64,000 nt of DNA, taken from NCBI GenBank assembly GCA_964188305.1, contig OZ076890.1, one strand, 5' to 3'. The notes beneath the pieces were generated by a model. The model was not told the origin of the DNA, did no database searches, and saw only the letters and a program-made list of their open reading frames with translations. This document shows positions 1 through 12,712 of the stretch, piece by piece (the first letter of the stretch is position 1; each line of letters begins with the position of its first letter). The stretch comes from Podarcis bocagei (Eukaryota). Both the position numbers and the translations under genes were made by a program.

Positions 1-1474
1 ATTCTTGGGGTGGTGGCAGCAGTGGCACCTCTCCACTGGTGCTGGGAGGATGCACCACTACTGGTACCTAACAGTCCCAGATCTGCAGGCTACTTTCTAG
101 AAGTCTGCTGCAAGGAAGTTATAGGTATGTTTGACATTTTGCTATTGCTTGGGAAGCTGTAGCCTTTTCTCCTTTCCCAGTACCTTATGAAACATAAACC
201 ACCCAGCAGAAACAGTTCATTGAAGGTATGATGAACAAATCTCTTCACACACACAGCTTGATCTCAACACTGCATAATGGTTGTTTTCCTCCCCAGAAAA
301 AATTGTCAATATTATCCCCTTTTCACACAACACTGACTCTCTAGCTGGCAAGTGTAGCACTACAAAGAAAAGGCATGTGTCCTGACTAGCAATGCTCTGA
401 CTCTCTCAGCTGGACAGAGGGCACTATGTTGGTGTACATGTGCCAACCAGTAGGCAGTGGGCCCCAAAGCAGATTTATTTTCTTCCCGTTTTTGTTATTT
501 ATTTAATCATTTGACAAATAATCAGTAATCAACAGAACTCTGCTCCAAAAATATTACTTAATATCACAATACTCTGCAAGTAAACACAAATTAACGCAAA
601 ATTACAAGATTTATTCTATAAAAAATTCAAACCTGCTTGAATTTGCTTTTGCGGGAGGTAATTATTTCCTTGTCAATACTGTACTGGGCAATCAGTTTTC
701 CCCAAATTTATTTCTATATTCACCTACAATTCTCGCTCTTAGGTGTTATTTTTTCTGTTACAGACAAACTTTGTTAAGCCTTTCTTTGCAGGGAGGGAAT
801 ACTGTAACTTTATGATTTGTTTATTGCTCCAGTAGTTATGGAAGCAGTCAGATGCCATAACTTTAGAACAATTTCCACTTACATTGGTGTTCAAAGGTGA
901 TAAATGAATGATCAATTCCAGAGTTTGGGACAAACCAAGTTAAGAAGCAGGGATGCCAGAAGAAGTATAATGGCAAGTACTGGAAGTCCATGGCTACTTG
1001 CTTCTGAATGACCTTATAAAATAGTTGAATGCGCAGCTACTTATGTTCCCTCCTGAAGGGTACCAAGCTAGAGAAGGCTGTCTGATATCTACTATGACTA
1101 ACCCAAAGAGGATTCTCCATTCAAGCACATCTGACTTCAGAGAAATTTAAGACTTCAAGTGACCATCTTTAAAGGCTCAACGGGCAACGGGCAAACATGG
1201 AGAGAAGTAATAGATGTGTTCCTAAGAATGGCATTTCCATCCCAATTTCCTGGATTTCAACCAGCTATAAAGACTACAGAAATATTATTTGACAATACCA
1301 TGACTGTAGGATTTCTTTGTGGAACAGAACTTCATGAATTTCTTAAATGCATTTAACACAGAAATATAAAGGGGACATTCTGATCCACGGACCACAGCTT
1401 TTCTGAATGAATCTCTGGGACAGGCACTATTGTCATGTTCTCTCACTGATTAACATTTTGAGCTTTGCACTGAC

Positions 1475-1894
1475 CTGAGGTCTGGAAGTCTATCTGGATC
1501 GGGTTGGATAAACCATTGACTGCCTCTCGCCACATGCCTCCACCCCCTGGTGACCATGCAGTCACCACACAGCGATACAGCCCAGCATCAGAAATCTGTG
1601 TCTGGTACATCCTGTAGCGGAACTCGTTCTCCTGAACCTTTTCCAAGACCACACCATCCACCCGTTCCTGGTCTGTCCAATCTTCCCGTCTGACCACTGA
1701 ATCTTGATTGAGAGAAATTATGCGAGTGGTCCCATTAGGAGTTGACCGATCATTCAGGTGCTTCTCGGCTGTAATGAGGACTGAGTAACGGGGAGTCTTG
1801 ATGTTCTGGGAAGACACCTTGCATGTCATTTCAAAGGTGTGCCCTGCCATGAAGAATGGCTTCAGTTTCACAGCCTCTACGGTCAGCATATAAT
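1475..1894 (-). CDS. PTGFRN: PTGFRN exon 6, Ig domain 5 (420 nt)
   Basis: Acceptor CTTCTCAG|AT; encodes DYMLTVEAVKLKPFFMAGHTFEMTCKVSS...DAGLYRCVVTAWSP...SNPIQIDFQTS; donor CAG|GTCAGT. Confidence 0.95.
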
Positions 1895-2371
1895 CTGAGA
1901 AGAGCAAAGGAGGCACAGACATAAGCTACAAGCAAAGGATGGACAAACATATACAGCAAGCAAGGGATTAATGCTGCAATCTAACATTCAGCAGTGCATT
2001 TCATGTTAAAAAAAACTGAGGAGTGGGCATCATAGTCTGTTAGAGGCAAACACACAAAGAATCTGAGGACAATATGCAAACCTAATAGCATAATTCCCAC
2101 TGTGTTCAAGTACTGTATGCACAAGACCACAGCCCAAGTGGCACAGCCCTTAGTGGCTACTTAGCAGAATGTTGTGACAATACATGAGGAACAGAAGCAG
2201 AAAGGTAGGCATGCAGAATAATTATATACTGAGAATTTAATCTTCATGCTTGCGTGAAGTCCTAATTGAGCCTTAATAAGAAGTTAGAGTTTCAATTTAA
2301 CACTACACAGTGGTTGCCTAAATGGGCACGGGTAAACTTAAGAGTCTGAAAAAATAGCTTTACCAAATTTT

Positions 2372-3700
2372 GTTTATTTATTCTATTTATTAATTATCTA
2401 CACCACCCTTCATCCAAAGATCAGAGTAGTTTACAATATTTTTAAAAAAACCACAAAAATAAATAACATAGTAGCAAACAAAAACAATATCCCCCACCAC
2501 AGTTCAAAAACCATACATTGGGTAATTAAACAAAAGTCTGGGAGAAGAATAAAGTTTTTGTCTATTGCCTAAAGATATGTAATGAAGATGCCAGATGAGC
2601 CTCCCTGGGGAGAGCATTCCACAAATGGGGAGACATCACAGAAAAGGCCTGTTCCCCTGGCAGCACACGAAGAAGGGCCTCAAATGATGGTCAGTTCATA
2701 TGGGGAGAGGTGGTCCTTGACATATTGCATACCTCTGTCATTTAAGATTTTACAGGTCAAAGCCAGCACTTTGAATTGGGCCTGGAAACTAATTGGCAAC
2801 CAGTGCAGTCAGGCCAGGATCAATGTAATATGCTCAAACCATCTTGCCCCAGTGAGTAACCTGTCCACTGAATTCTGCACCCACTGAAATTTACTAACCA
2901 TCTTCAGAAGCAGCCCCAAATATATTGTGTTGCAGGAATATAACCTAGAGTGCATACGCGACAGAAGTCAAGCTATACTGGTCCAGATAAGGGCACAGCT
3001 GGGCCACCACCCAAAGCTGATGGAAGGCACTCCATGCCACTGAGGCCACCTGAGCCTCAAGCAACAGCAATGGATGCTGAAGTACCTCCAAGCTGCGTAC
3101 CTGCTCTCTCAGAGAGAATATACCCCCCATCAAAAGAAAGCCATCTCCCATCCATCCGGTCTAGGGAACTGCCCACTAACAGTGCCTCGGTCTTATTGGA
3201 TTGAGTTTCGGTTTATTGGCTTTCATCCAGTCTATTACCAAGGCAAGACATCAGTCCAGCACATCCACGGCATTATCTGCAAGTAGAGCTGTGTGTCACC
3301 AGCATATTGCTGACAGCAATATGCTAACAGTCCAAAGCTCCAGATGACTCCACCCAGCATGTTAAACAACATGTTAAACAGCATGGGGAAATAAAAATGG
3401 AAGCCTGAGGAACCCCACACTGAAGCCTCCATAGGGTCGAAGAACACTCTCTAAGCATTATCATCTGGAATCAACCATCCATGTAGGACCAGAACCACTG
3501 CAAAGCAGTGCTACCTACTCACTAACTCGGACAGCCAATCCAGGAACATACTATGGCTGACGGTATCTAAAAGCGCTGAGAGGTCAAGGAGAGTTAACAG
3601 GGACACATTTCTCTCCTGACAGGTGTAATTATACAGGGTAACTGAAGCAGTTTCTGTGCCAAAGCTGGCCTAAACACTGACTGTAATGGATCTAGAAAAT
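2372..3700 (-). mobile_element. L2-clade LINE, degenerate 3' part (RT domain to tail)
   Basis: Minus-strand reading gives LLDLSALLDTV (LLDLSAAFDTV-like), QQYAGDTQLY (YADDTQLY-like) and SRLYSCNTIYLGL...QWVQNSVDRLLTG (SRLDYCN...LQxVQNxAARLLTG-like). It ends in an (AAT/AATA)-rich tail near 2372-2395 and is frameshifted. Confidence 0.85.
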
Positions 3701-3799
3701 CAGCTTCCTCCAAGATCACCTGATGCACCCACAGCACCTCCTGTTGCAGATGATTTAGGCGACATTTGAGTGAAACAAGCTTTATTCAGGATACAGCAT

Positions 3800-5650
3800 T
3801 CATTTGGTTTTCGGATTAATCTCACAAGAATTGACAATACTTCAAAAAATCTGTAAACTTTTATCATTCTGCTATTATTATTTTTTAAAAATAACCAAAG
3901 TCTTCTATTTGATCTTTGACTTGTTTGCAAGAATATCAGATATGCTTCCACGATTAGGCAGGTTATGTTCCATTATCTCAGAAGTACTTTATCTCAGAAG
4001 TTACCTACTTGCAACAATTCAGCATAGTGTCAAGTTCTGGAAAGACACCTATTCACCATCTGCATACTGCCTCACCTCCATTTTTAAGACTAAGGTAAAA
4101 AGGTAAAGGTAAAGTACCCCGGATGGTTAAGTCCAGTCAAAGGCGACTATGGGTCATCTTGCTTTCAGGCTGAGGGAGCCGACATTTGTCCACAGACAGC
4201 TTTCTGGGTCATGTGGCCAGCTACTGGTGCATGGAGGATTGTGACAAGTTCCAGAGTGCACGGAAACACCGTTTACCTTCCCGCCACAGCAGTACCTATT
4301 TATCTACTTGCACTGGTGTGCTTTTGAACTGCTAGGTTGGCAGAAGCTGGGACAGAGCAACAGGAGCTCAACTCATCACACCAATTCAAACCGCTGACCT
4401 TCCAATTGGCAGGCCCAAGAGGCTCAGTGGTTTAGACTACAGCACCACCCACGTCCCTCTTTTAAGACTACTGGACTTCTTAAGGCAGAATTGGGATATA
4501 ACATGTGCGCAGTCTGAGATGGTGGTGGCAATGCAGTCTCATAGGCCATATGAATACAAGATTGTTGACATTTACATCATATGTATAACGAACAGACAGA
4601 GAGAAATATTAAGGGACATCTGTTTGGGAGGCTTGAGCATTATTATTATTTTGAAGATATAGATATTTGAAAAACAGGTTAGTATCCTTGAGCACATAAG
4701 TAATGTGATGTCTCATTTTGTCCCAAAGATGTATAATTTTTTTTCTTACAGAACTTGCTATTGCTGCATTAAAAATAGTTACACACAAACACACATAGAG
4801 AATGTAAGAATTCCAACAGCAGTGAAGGAATTGCTCTATGAATCTGAGGGGGGAAACACTATTAAATAGAAAAATATGTAAGATTTTTAGTGAATGCAAA
4901 GTAAAAGTTCCATGAACTACCACAAGAAATTATTAGCAGACCTTCATTTGAATATTTAAGGAGAAATCTGAGGAGGGCTAGGAGAAAAAAAATAGGTAAA
5001 ACATTAATTACAGCCAACCTTAAGGGGAAGAAAATATAAAACCATGCATCAATGGCATCTGACATCATATAAACTGAACCTGATTTATAAATCTCTCTGA
5101 GGATAACTGCTGGGAAAACCTCATGCAGATTATATGCCACATATTTTGGAGACGAAATAAAATTAAAAGTTTTTGACAGTTAGTGCTGTTTTATAATCAA
5201 TCACAATATACAATATTCCAAATAAGATGGTTTAGCCTCTAAACCATTTTTAAGGCTGCAATGAATGCCAAAAAAACCAATAAATCTGTCAACAGCAGCT
5301 AAAATATCAATTGCCATGTATTGAAAAAAGAAAGAAGTTCCAGCTCTACTTGATTGATACTGTAGGATTCGGGTTAGACCATTAATGCAGAAATTATAAA
5401 TATAATATAGCATAATATAAATTATTATATTTAGGCCCATGTAAATAATCAAAGATCAACATTTATCAATGATAAAGTTGGTGATGATGTATGGCTGTTT
5501 ATGCTGTTTACGTTGTTCTAATGAATCATCTTGCTTTTGCTTTATGCTACTTATTACCAAACTTGAAAGGACTTTATTTATATTTGTAGGTATTAATGCT
5601 CGTTTGTTTTGTGTGTTAATGAAAGTATTAAAACTTCTCATGGCAACCTG
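3800..5650 (-). mobile_element. Probable highly decayed L1-type LINE ORF2 remnant, interrupted by a Sauria SINE
   Basis: AT-rich block with collinear faint motifs on the minus strand: MAIDILAAVDRF (xDAEKAFDR-like), SVYMMSD (LYADD-like) and LRLAVINVLPIFFLL (GRIxxIKMxVLPxxLxL-like). Similarity is weak and judged by eye. Confidence 0.35.
4093..4459 (-). mobile_element. Sauria SINE
   Basis: Reverse complement starts GGGACGTGGGTGGTGCTGTAGTCTAAACC (tRNA-like head), contains GTGCAAGTAGATAAATAGGTAC and ends in (ACCTTT)n. Has an 11-bp TSD TTTTAAGACTA at 4082-4092 and 4460-4470. Confidence 0.92.
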
Positions 5651-7309
5651 AAAGTTTAAATAAACAAAACAATTTGAATCAATAATACTGTTTCTATACT
5701 ACTAAGACACATCCTGCAGTGACATGGAATACAGTGCCAAAATAAACATTTTTCACTAAACAGAAGTTAATATCATGCAGAACTGAGCCACATTCTGAAG
5801 GTGCACAAATGTAAATAAGACGAACTGTAAAAACCGTATAGCTTACTGCTCATTTCCTACCATACAACCTGAGAAGAAGTTTACCAGTACTGGTAGTTAT
5901 CACGGAGAGCTGCGATAAAAAGGTATTAAATGCAAACATGTTCGAAAGTATTGTTACAAACTTCTCATCTACCAATCTGGGCATGATAAAAAAAAGCTTA
6001 ATATATTATGAAGAATGAAGTCAGTATCCAGATTTATAAGATGGATTCATACCTACATTGGAGGGATTTCTTTTTGCCTGATCCTGCAAAAGTTTTGTTA
6101 CAAAGTAGGGCAGCTTAGTTCAGGTAAAGGCACTTTGCCAAAACTGGCCATATGTAAAAGCAGCAACAAACATTACATCTAGGCTTTGTGATCAGTTCAC
6201 AACAAATCATCAGGACTACAGCTCGCAGGGCCCTTCATAAGAATATCAAATTTACTGCTTCCATCACCATCCTATTTTAGCAGGCGGAAGCTGACAATTC
6301 ATGAAATACAGCATTTTAGTCATATTTTTGTGACTAGTCGATCAATCTAAAAAAAAAAGTATAGCCTGTTGCTGCTATCTGAAAAGGGCTTGGAATTACA
6401 GTAGGAAATGCAATTTGGTGGTGCCAAACACTGGTTTTCCCTCAACCTGCTCCCTCATTTGGCCTCTACATGTTTCTACAGGTACATCACATACATTTTA
6501 GCTTTTCGGTATGAAAGAGGCAGGTCACGTACCATGAAAGCAGGGCTTTTATTTATAGATTTGAACTAGCTTGGCATTTAGACTGTTTGAACAACAATCC
6601 ATTTTCTTCCAATAAAAAAGCTGGCTGAATATTAAACACAAGGTGAATCTTTTACAAGGCAACAGGGAAATAAGATATACCAAGCTCGCAACACACTTCA
6701 CAAAATTAAAACTACATACAATAATACTTTTGTCCTTCCCCAAGAGATCCGCAAGGTACTTGTTTGTGATTACATTTTGCAGTGCTTTTGCCTTCAAGCA
6801 GCAGTTTTCACAATGAGTAAACACTGGCTAGAAGATGAGAAAACTGGGTATGACAATCAGCCCTGTACAAAGGAGATCACAGTACAATGCTATCTAAAGG
6901 AAACAGCAAAAGGTGGGGGAAGCTCAGTGCGCAAACTGCTAAGCACCAAACTGCTCAATTGCTCACATTAAAAATAGTTTGATGCTGCAGACTCAATTCC
7001 TCAAAGGTGAAGATCATTTTCTTGAATGGAAAGCTCTCAACTTCCTACCCCCAAGAAAGCATGCAAGAGTGTCTCCCGTCCCAACAATAATTAGCACAGA
7101 TACATAGTGTTATGCCTGGAAAAGGGGTGGTTTACTTGGGCAAGGAATGTGGCAATGTAGAACATGCTTTTAAAGTCTCTATGCTGCCCTGCTGAGTGGC
7201 GTCGTTGTCCTCAAGCTATGAAACCTGGAACTGCTGAAAAGGGGCAGAAAACTAGAAAAGGGCACAAAGAAAGAACAGTGGTGTGTTTTGGGTATGGAAT
7301 GAATAAATA

Positions 7310-7930
7310 ATAGAATCCTGGAATTGTAGACTTGGAAGGGACCGTGAGGGTCATGTAGACCAACCCATGCAACACAGGAATCACAAATAAAGCATCCCTG
7401 ATATATAGCCATCCAATCTCTGCTTAAAAACCTCCAATGAAGGAGTCCACCAACTCCGGAGGAAGTCTGTTCCACTGTTGAACAGCTCTTACTGTCAGAA
7501 AGTTCTTCCTAATGTTTGGAATCCATTGGTTTGGGTCCTATCCTCCAGAGCAGGAGAAAACTAGCTTGCTCCATCTTCCATGTGGAAGCCCTTTAGATAT
7601 TTAAAGATGACTATCACATTTGCTCTCAGTCTCCTCTTTTCCAGGATAAACAACCCAACTCCCTCAACCATTCCTCATAAGGCTTGGTTTCCAGACCCTT
7701 TATCATCTTGGTCGCCCTCCTCTGCACACATCCTAATTTGTCAAAACTCCAAATGTGGCCTGACCAAGCTAGAATAGAGCAGTACTATTACTTCTAGAAG
7801 TATAGTCTCCAGATCAAGATAATAGCATTAGCTTTTTTTTTTTTTTTTTTTCTGCTGTATCACCCTTTTTTGCCTCCAGTTAAGCCTGTGGTCCACCAAG
7901 AACCCTAGATCTTTTTCACATGTACTGCTG
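7310..7930 (-). mobile_element. CR1 LINE 3' fragment
   Basis: Reverse complement ends ...GGTTGGTCTACATGACCCTCACGGTCCCTTCCAAGTCTACAATTCCAGGATTCTA, the CR1 3' terminus. Upstream ORF2 C-terminal remnants are present. Confidence 0.88.
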
Positions 7931-10224
7931 GCAATCCCACGTGGCATCGTAATTTAAAGTTGTCAGCCTACTCTTTCACATTTTCTCCTCAACTTCCATG
8001 TTTAATATATTAATAAGATGCCAATCACTTTTGTAGAAGACAATTAAGCTACTGTACTCAGGGATACAGAGAGATAAAAACCAGGTCCCTTACCCAGACA
8101 CTTTTGCCAGTAGTGTCACAAGCGAGGGCAAGTTTGACCCCTGCGTCACTGATATCATGGACTGTAGCCATTTGCAAGAAGGTAAAGACAGGCACAACAC
8201 TTCTACATCAGTGGTTCACAGCCTGACTAAAGAAGCTATTTGGGGGGCGTGGGGGATGGGACAGGATGACAGCTTTGCTGATCATTTATTAACAAAACAG
8301 AGAGAGCAGTCAACTGATTCCCCTCCTAAGGCCTTATAGGTAAGTATCTGCATGCTAATCGGAGCCAATGAACTGTCTTCACAGCACTTGGGAATGAAAG
8401 CAGGCAATCATTGGCCATTGGTATTCCCTTAAATGCTGCATCTAGCCAATAAATGTCTAATACTAATAAATGTCTGAGAATGATCAGCATCACTGCCACA
8501 AACTCTTTCAGCTTGTGAATTCTCAACTGAGGGGATTTGCACTTGATCCCTTGGAGAGTCATCTTTGAGGCTCAGTGGAGATCTATAAGGAAAGCTGCAA
8601 AGAAAAGGGGGGGGGGAGTCCATTCCTCATTCTGTCCAGACCCTTCCCTTACTGGCACTATTCCATGTCTACATTTGTTGAAATACTGCCTTTGGGCTTT
8701 CTAATGACACCTTGTTGCCACAAATCACTGAGTAGTTTTATAAACTTCCTAAGAACAGTTCATTGGCCACATGAATGACAACAAATGCTGGTTACAAACA
8801 GGAAATTTTAAGCCAAACATATTATAGTATGCATAGTATAGTATTATAAGCATGCATGCAGAATGTTCTTTTAGTTAAAAGTATCATCTTCATTTACAAG
8901 AGGATTATCCAGTGGCTATTACATAGATTGCCTTAAATGCTTAGTAGTAGTAATGTTGGTCATCAGTTACAAGCTCAATTACTACTGCATTATTTGCATT
9001 AAATAGAACAGTTACATTTCTTATTACAAGAGAGGGTCTCATACACAGTTTTAACACAGGCATTTCAGAACAGTTATGTATGCAAGTCAGTCCAATGAAC
9101 ACCATGTAATATTTGCTGCACCAGAGGACTTGTGACTGTGCAGTACACTGCTCAAACAAATGCCTCAAAATATTCACCCTAATTCCAGGCACAAAATGCA
9201 TCACACACTGGATAAGCAACGTTCTGGCCAGATGCCTGCCAGAGAGGCAGTAAATGATTATGCCTTTATTCGTTTCAGCAAGAGTTTACCACTGACTTCA
9301 GGAGGCAGCCTCAAAGGCAATGTAAGTACTGCAATAAATGCCTAAATTTGCAAGATTCTTCTTAAGGTGTAACATCCAATCTCTGCAACGGACAGCTCAA
9401 ACATTAATGGTCTTAGCTGTCCTTTGAAGACAGAGTCAATTCTCTCCAAAGATGTCTCATATGACTCATATGATTGGGCCCAAACATGCTGTTCTTGCTG
9501 CCTTCAGAGGTCTCCTCTCTCTCTGGTTCCTGTGCCTGTGCCTTCCCAAATTCTCTTCTACTAATTTCTTAAGAACTACAAATCAACTGCAATGTGCAGC
9601 AACAAACTCTCCAACAAGTACATTTCTTTGTGACAATATTTTGACTAATCACTTAAGTAAGAATACATTCCCCTAATGTGCTTTCCCTATGAACTGCCCT
9701 TGACTATTTTCATTTTATAATAAAAACAGACTTTAAAAAAAAACTGGAGGCAGTTCAAGCTATTAAACTCTCCAGAAGCTCCAAGCTGTTTACACAGCTT
9801 TTACTTGCTCAGTGTTGATTTTATATTTCCAATTACGCACAAGCAAGGCAAAAAGCTGAAACATTCCATAAACCAACGTTAAGATGTGCTAGTAGTTAAA
9901 TGAAGAGTATTTGATTGTACTTAGCGCTAATAGTGTGGATTTACAATGATGTATAATAATGAGAAAACTATTAAGAGTAGTTCCTGAAAATCATTACCAT
10001 TATAATTAAATTCTGCAAGGAAGCAACAGTAGGCAAGTTGATTGTGAAGGTTGTAAATGACGTTGCCTTGATTTTACATCTCAAATCTATGCACAACAAA
10101 ACATATTAGGAAAGAATATGACCACTCCAGAGCCTCCTTCCTCTAGGCTTCATTGAGATGAACAGCAGTAAACTCGCTGCCACATCTTGCAATATTCTGC
10201 ATGCTTTACCACCATCAAAATCAT

Positions 10225-10460
10225 TTCATTTTTTTTACCCACCCTTCACTCTAAGATCCCAGGGCAGGTTACAATTTTAAATACAGCATGAAAAACCATT
10301 TAAAACAGCTTACGAACACAAAAACAGAGTGGGTCCTAAAAAATATGCCCCTAAAGTGTCAAAGGCAGGTTTGTCTCCAGCATTTGCTGAAAGCTATATA
10401 GGGAAGCTGTCAGGTGCACCTCTGTGGGTAGAGAGTTTCACTACTTAGAGGCTGCAGCAC
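10225..10460 (-). mobile_element. Degenerate L2 3' fragment
   Basis: TACCCACCCTTCACTCTAAGATCCCAGGGCAGGTTACAAT parallels the L2 tail at 2398-2437. Confidence 0.55.
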
Positions 10461-12116
10461 AGGATGTCTCCAACCTTAAAGCAAGGTTAAAGAAGATTCC
10501 TCTCCTCTACTCTGAACTTCATTTTGTGGCATTTCGGAATCCAACACGGCCTTTGGTTCCTAGAGCACCTGGGTCGCAGGAAGCAGCTTACCATCACACC
10601 TAAGAACGAAGACTATGCTAAGCATCAATACTGTACAATACAATCTATGTGGGTCTGTCCTTGGTCTGTAATCTGCAGTCAGTGCAGAATTATGCAGAGC
10701 AATTGTTGACAGGAGTGAGACCCTGTCACAATATTACAACTCTGTTCAGAGATCCACACTGGCTGCCTGTTTGTTACCAGACCAAATGCAAGGGGCAACA
10801 GTTGGTATTGTTGTGAATTTGCACGAAGGGGAAGGGGGCAGGCTCCTCATCAGAGGCACCAACTTCTCAAGATGATTGAGGGGGCCCAACACAATGTCCT
10901 GATGTCACACACGCAACGTCACCAGGGGGTGGAACCGAATGCCCTTTGAACATTGAGGTATGGTGGCGGCAAAGGGGAGATCACCTTTTCAGCTGTGTCA
11001 TCTTCTCCTTGGGATTTCCCTCCCCTTATATATTAACCAAACACCCTCATGGATGGTGCTCAGAAAACAGACAAAATATGCTTTATTCTCTCACTGGCTT
11101 TTAATAGTATTTTATTTTAATGCAGTTGCTGATGGGCTGTTTTAACCCCCTTAAGATTCTTTTACATTTTACCATGGTTTTTATTAGGTGATTGTTATTA
11201 GCCATCTTGGCAGAGGTGGGACATAAATATTTTAACAAGGAATAACTAGGCAAACACTTCGTCAACTTACTATTATGCAATTGCTATACAGAAAAGTAGA
11301 ACAGTACTTCAAGACCAATTCTGTCTGTATAAAAAGCATTTCAAGTGTGGTATTTCACATTTCATGCCTATGTTATCAAGTTGAAGCTGGTGTTAAGTGC
11401 TGCAAATATGATCCTGAGACTAGGAAGTAAATGTCTAAGATTGACTTGGTGTTTTTCCCCCCTTAATGCCCACATTCCTGAATAATAATGTACACTGAAA
11501 ATAAATTGTTTGTGTTTCCATGTTTTATCACCTCAACTAAGCTATTGTGTAGAATAACTGCAGCACATTTTTGCTGGTGCACTTAGGCCACTGAATATTG
11601 ACTCAGGAGGTGGAACTAATTGCAAGTATCAGATTGCAGTTCTCTGGGTTTTGGATAAAGCTTCAAGGCCCTCCCCCCACCCCAGAAATCCCCACTTATT
11701 TCACTAGAACTGCTGCATAGTACAAAGTTTAAGGGTAGCAGCCTCTGTAGCATAATTGCTTTCTTTTCATATAAATTGCTTCCATGATCTCCAAAACGAG
11801 TGCACTGTTAGCATCTTTTCATAGTCCTTTTCTGTACTGCATTTCAGAAATACAAAGGCAAGGGATCATTTAATTTCAGACTGAAGACAAGGAGACAGAA
11901 CAAGTTACATTATCACCACCTCTCTCTCATTTTCCTTGTCTTAATCTAGTGCTCAAAACCAATGACTGCAAGAACACTGAGGCTGTATACTTCTTTTCAA
12001 ATAGTTTAACAGATGCCCCTAATATACCACTGCTTTCCTCTCCCGGAGAGGGAAAAAAATGGGCATCTTTTGCAGAATTCATGAGGCAGCAGCGTTCTCT
12101 GTATCCAGACTCTCTA

Positions 12117-12184
12117 GGAGTGGCTGGGGAAACCCAGCCAGATGGGCGGGGTACAAATAATAAATTATTATTATTATTATTATA
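12117..12184 (+). mobile_element. Very short 5'-truncated L2-type tail
   Basis: GAGTGGCTGGGGAAACCCAGCCAGATGGGCGGGGTACAAATAATAAATTATTATTATT is nearly identical to 43207-43255. Confidence 0.75.
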
Positions 12185-12511
12185 TAGGAGAAAGTAAATA
12201 ATCGTGGGACAGAAAACAGGGTTCTCATTACAAGGTTTCCACCCAAGTAACTTTCAAAATGTACTTAAATACCCCAGGGATACTAAATGGTGTTTGGGAG
12301 AGCAAGTATACTGGCACCTGCAAGCGAAAACAGATTAAAAGGAAACCCCCATGTTCACACATTTGTCTTCCAGATGCTTCTCTGCAGACTGGAGAGTAAG
12401 GCACACGGTAAGTGGATCCAAGGCCAGAGATAGTGATTTACAAAAGGGCTATTGCTGTATATAGCATTTTGTCTTAAGCTTATCTGCAGTCACAGGGTGT
12501 ATGGGGTGTTA

Positions 12512-12712
12512 GGGGAGGGGTAGTTCCTCTGGTGAGGGACACACTGTGCTCCTTCTGGGGTAGTCTGTCCATCTTTGGTCTCCACTCTGAAATCATCTCT
12601 CACCTGTGGCTCATGGGAACTGTCAGCATGTGACAGTGGCCACACCTTGGGAATGGCTTCGACTGGCTGATTAAACCAGGGGAGGGTAGCCAAAGGGTCT
12701 CAAACTCTCAGT
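12512..12712 (+). mobile_element. Partial copy of the repeat at 51745-52450
   Basis: Shared segments GGGGAGGG..TAG..CT.CTGGTG, TGCTCCTTCTG..GTAGTCTGT.CA and CTGTCAGCATG..ACAGTGGCCACACC. Confidence 0.6.
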
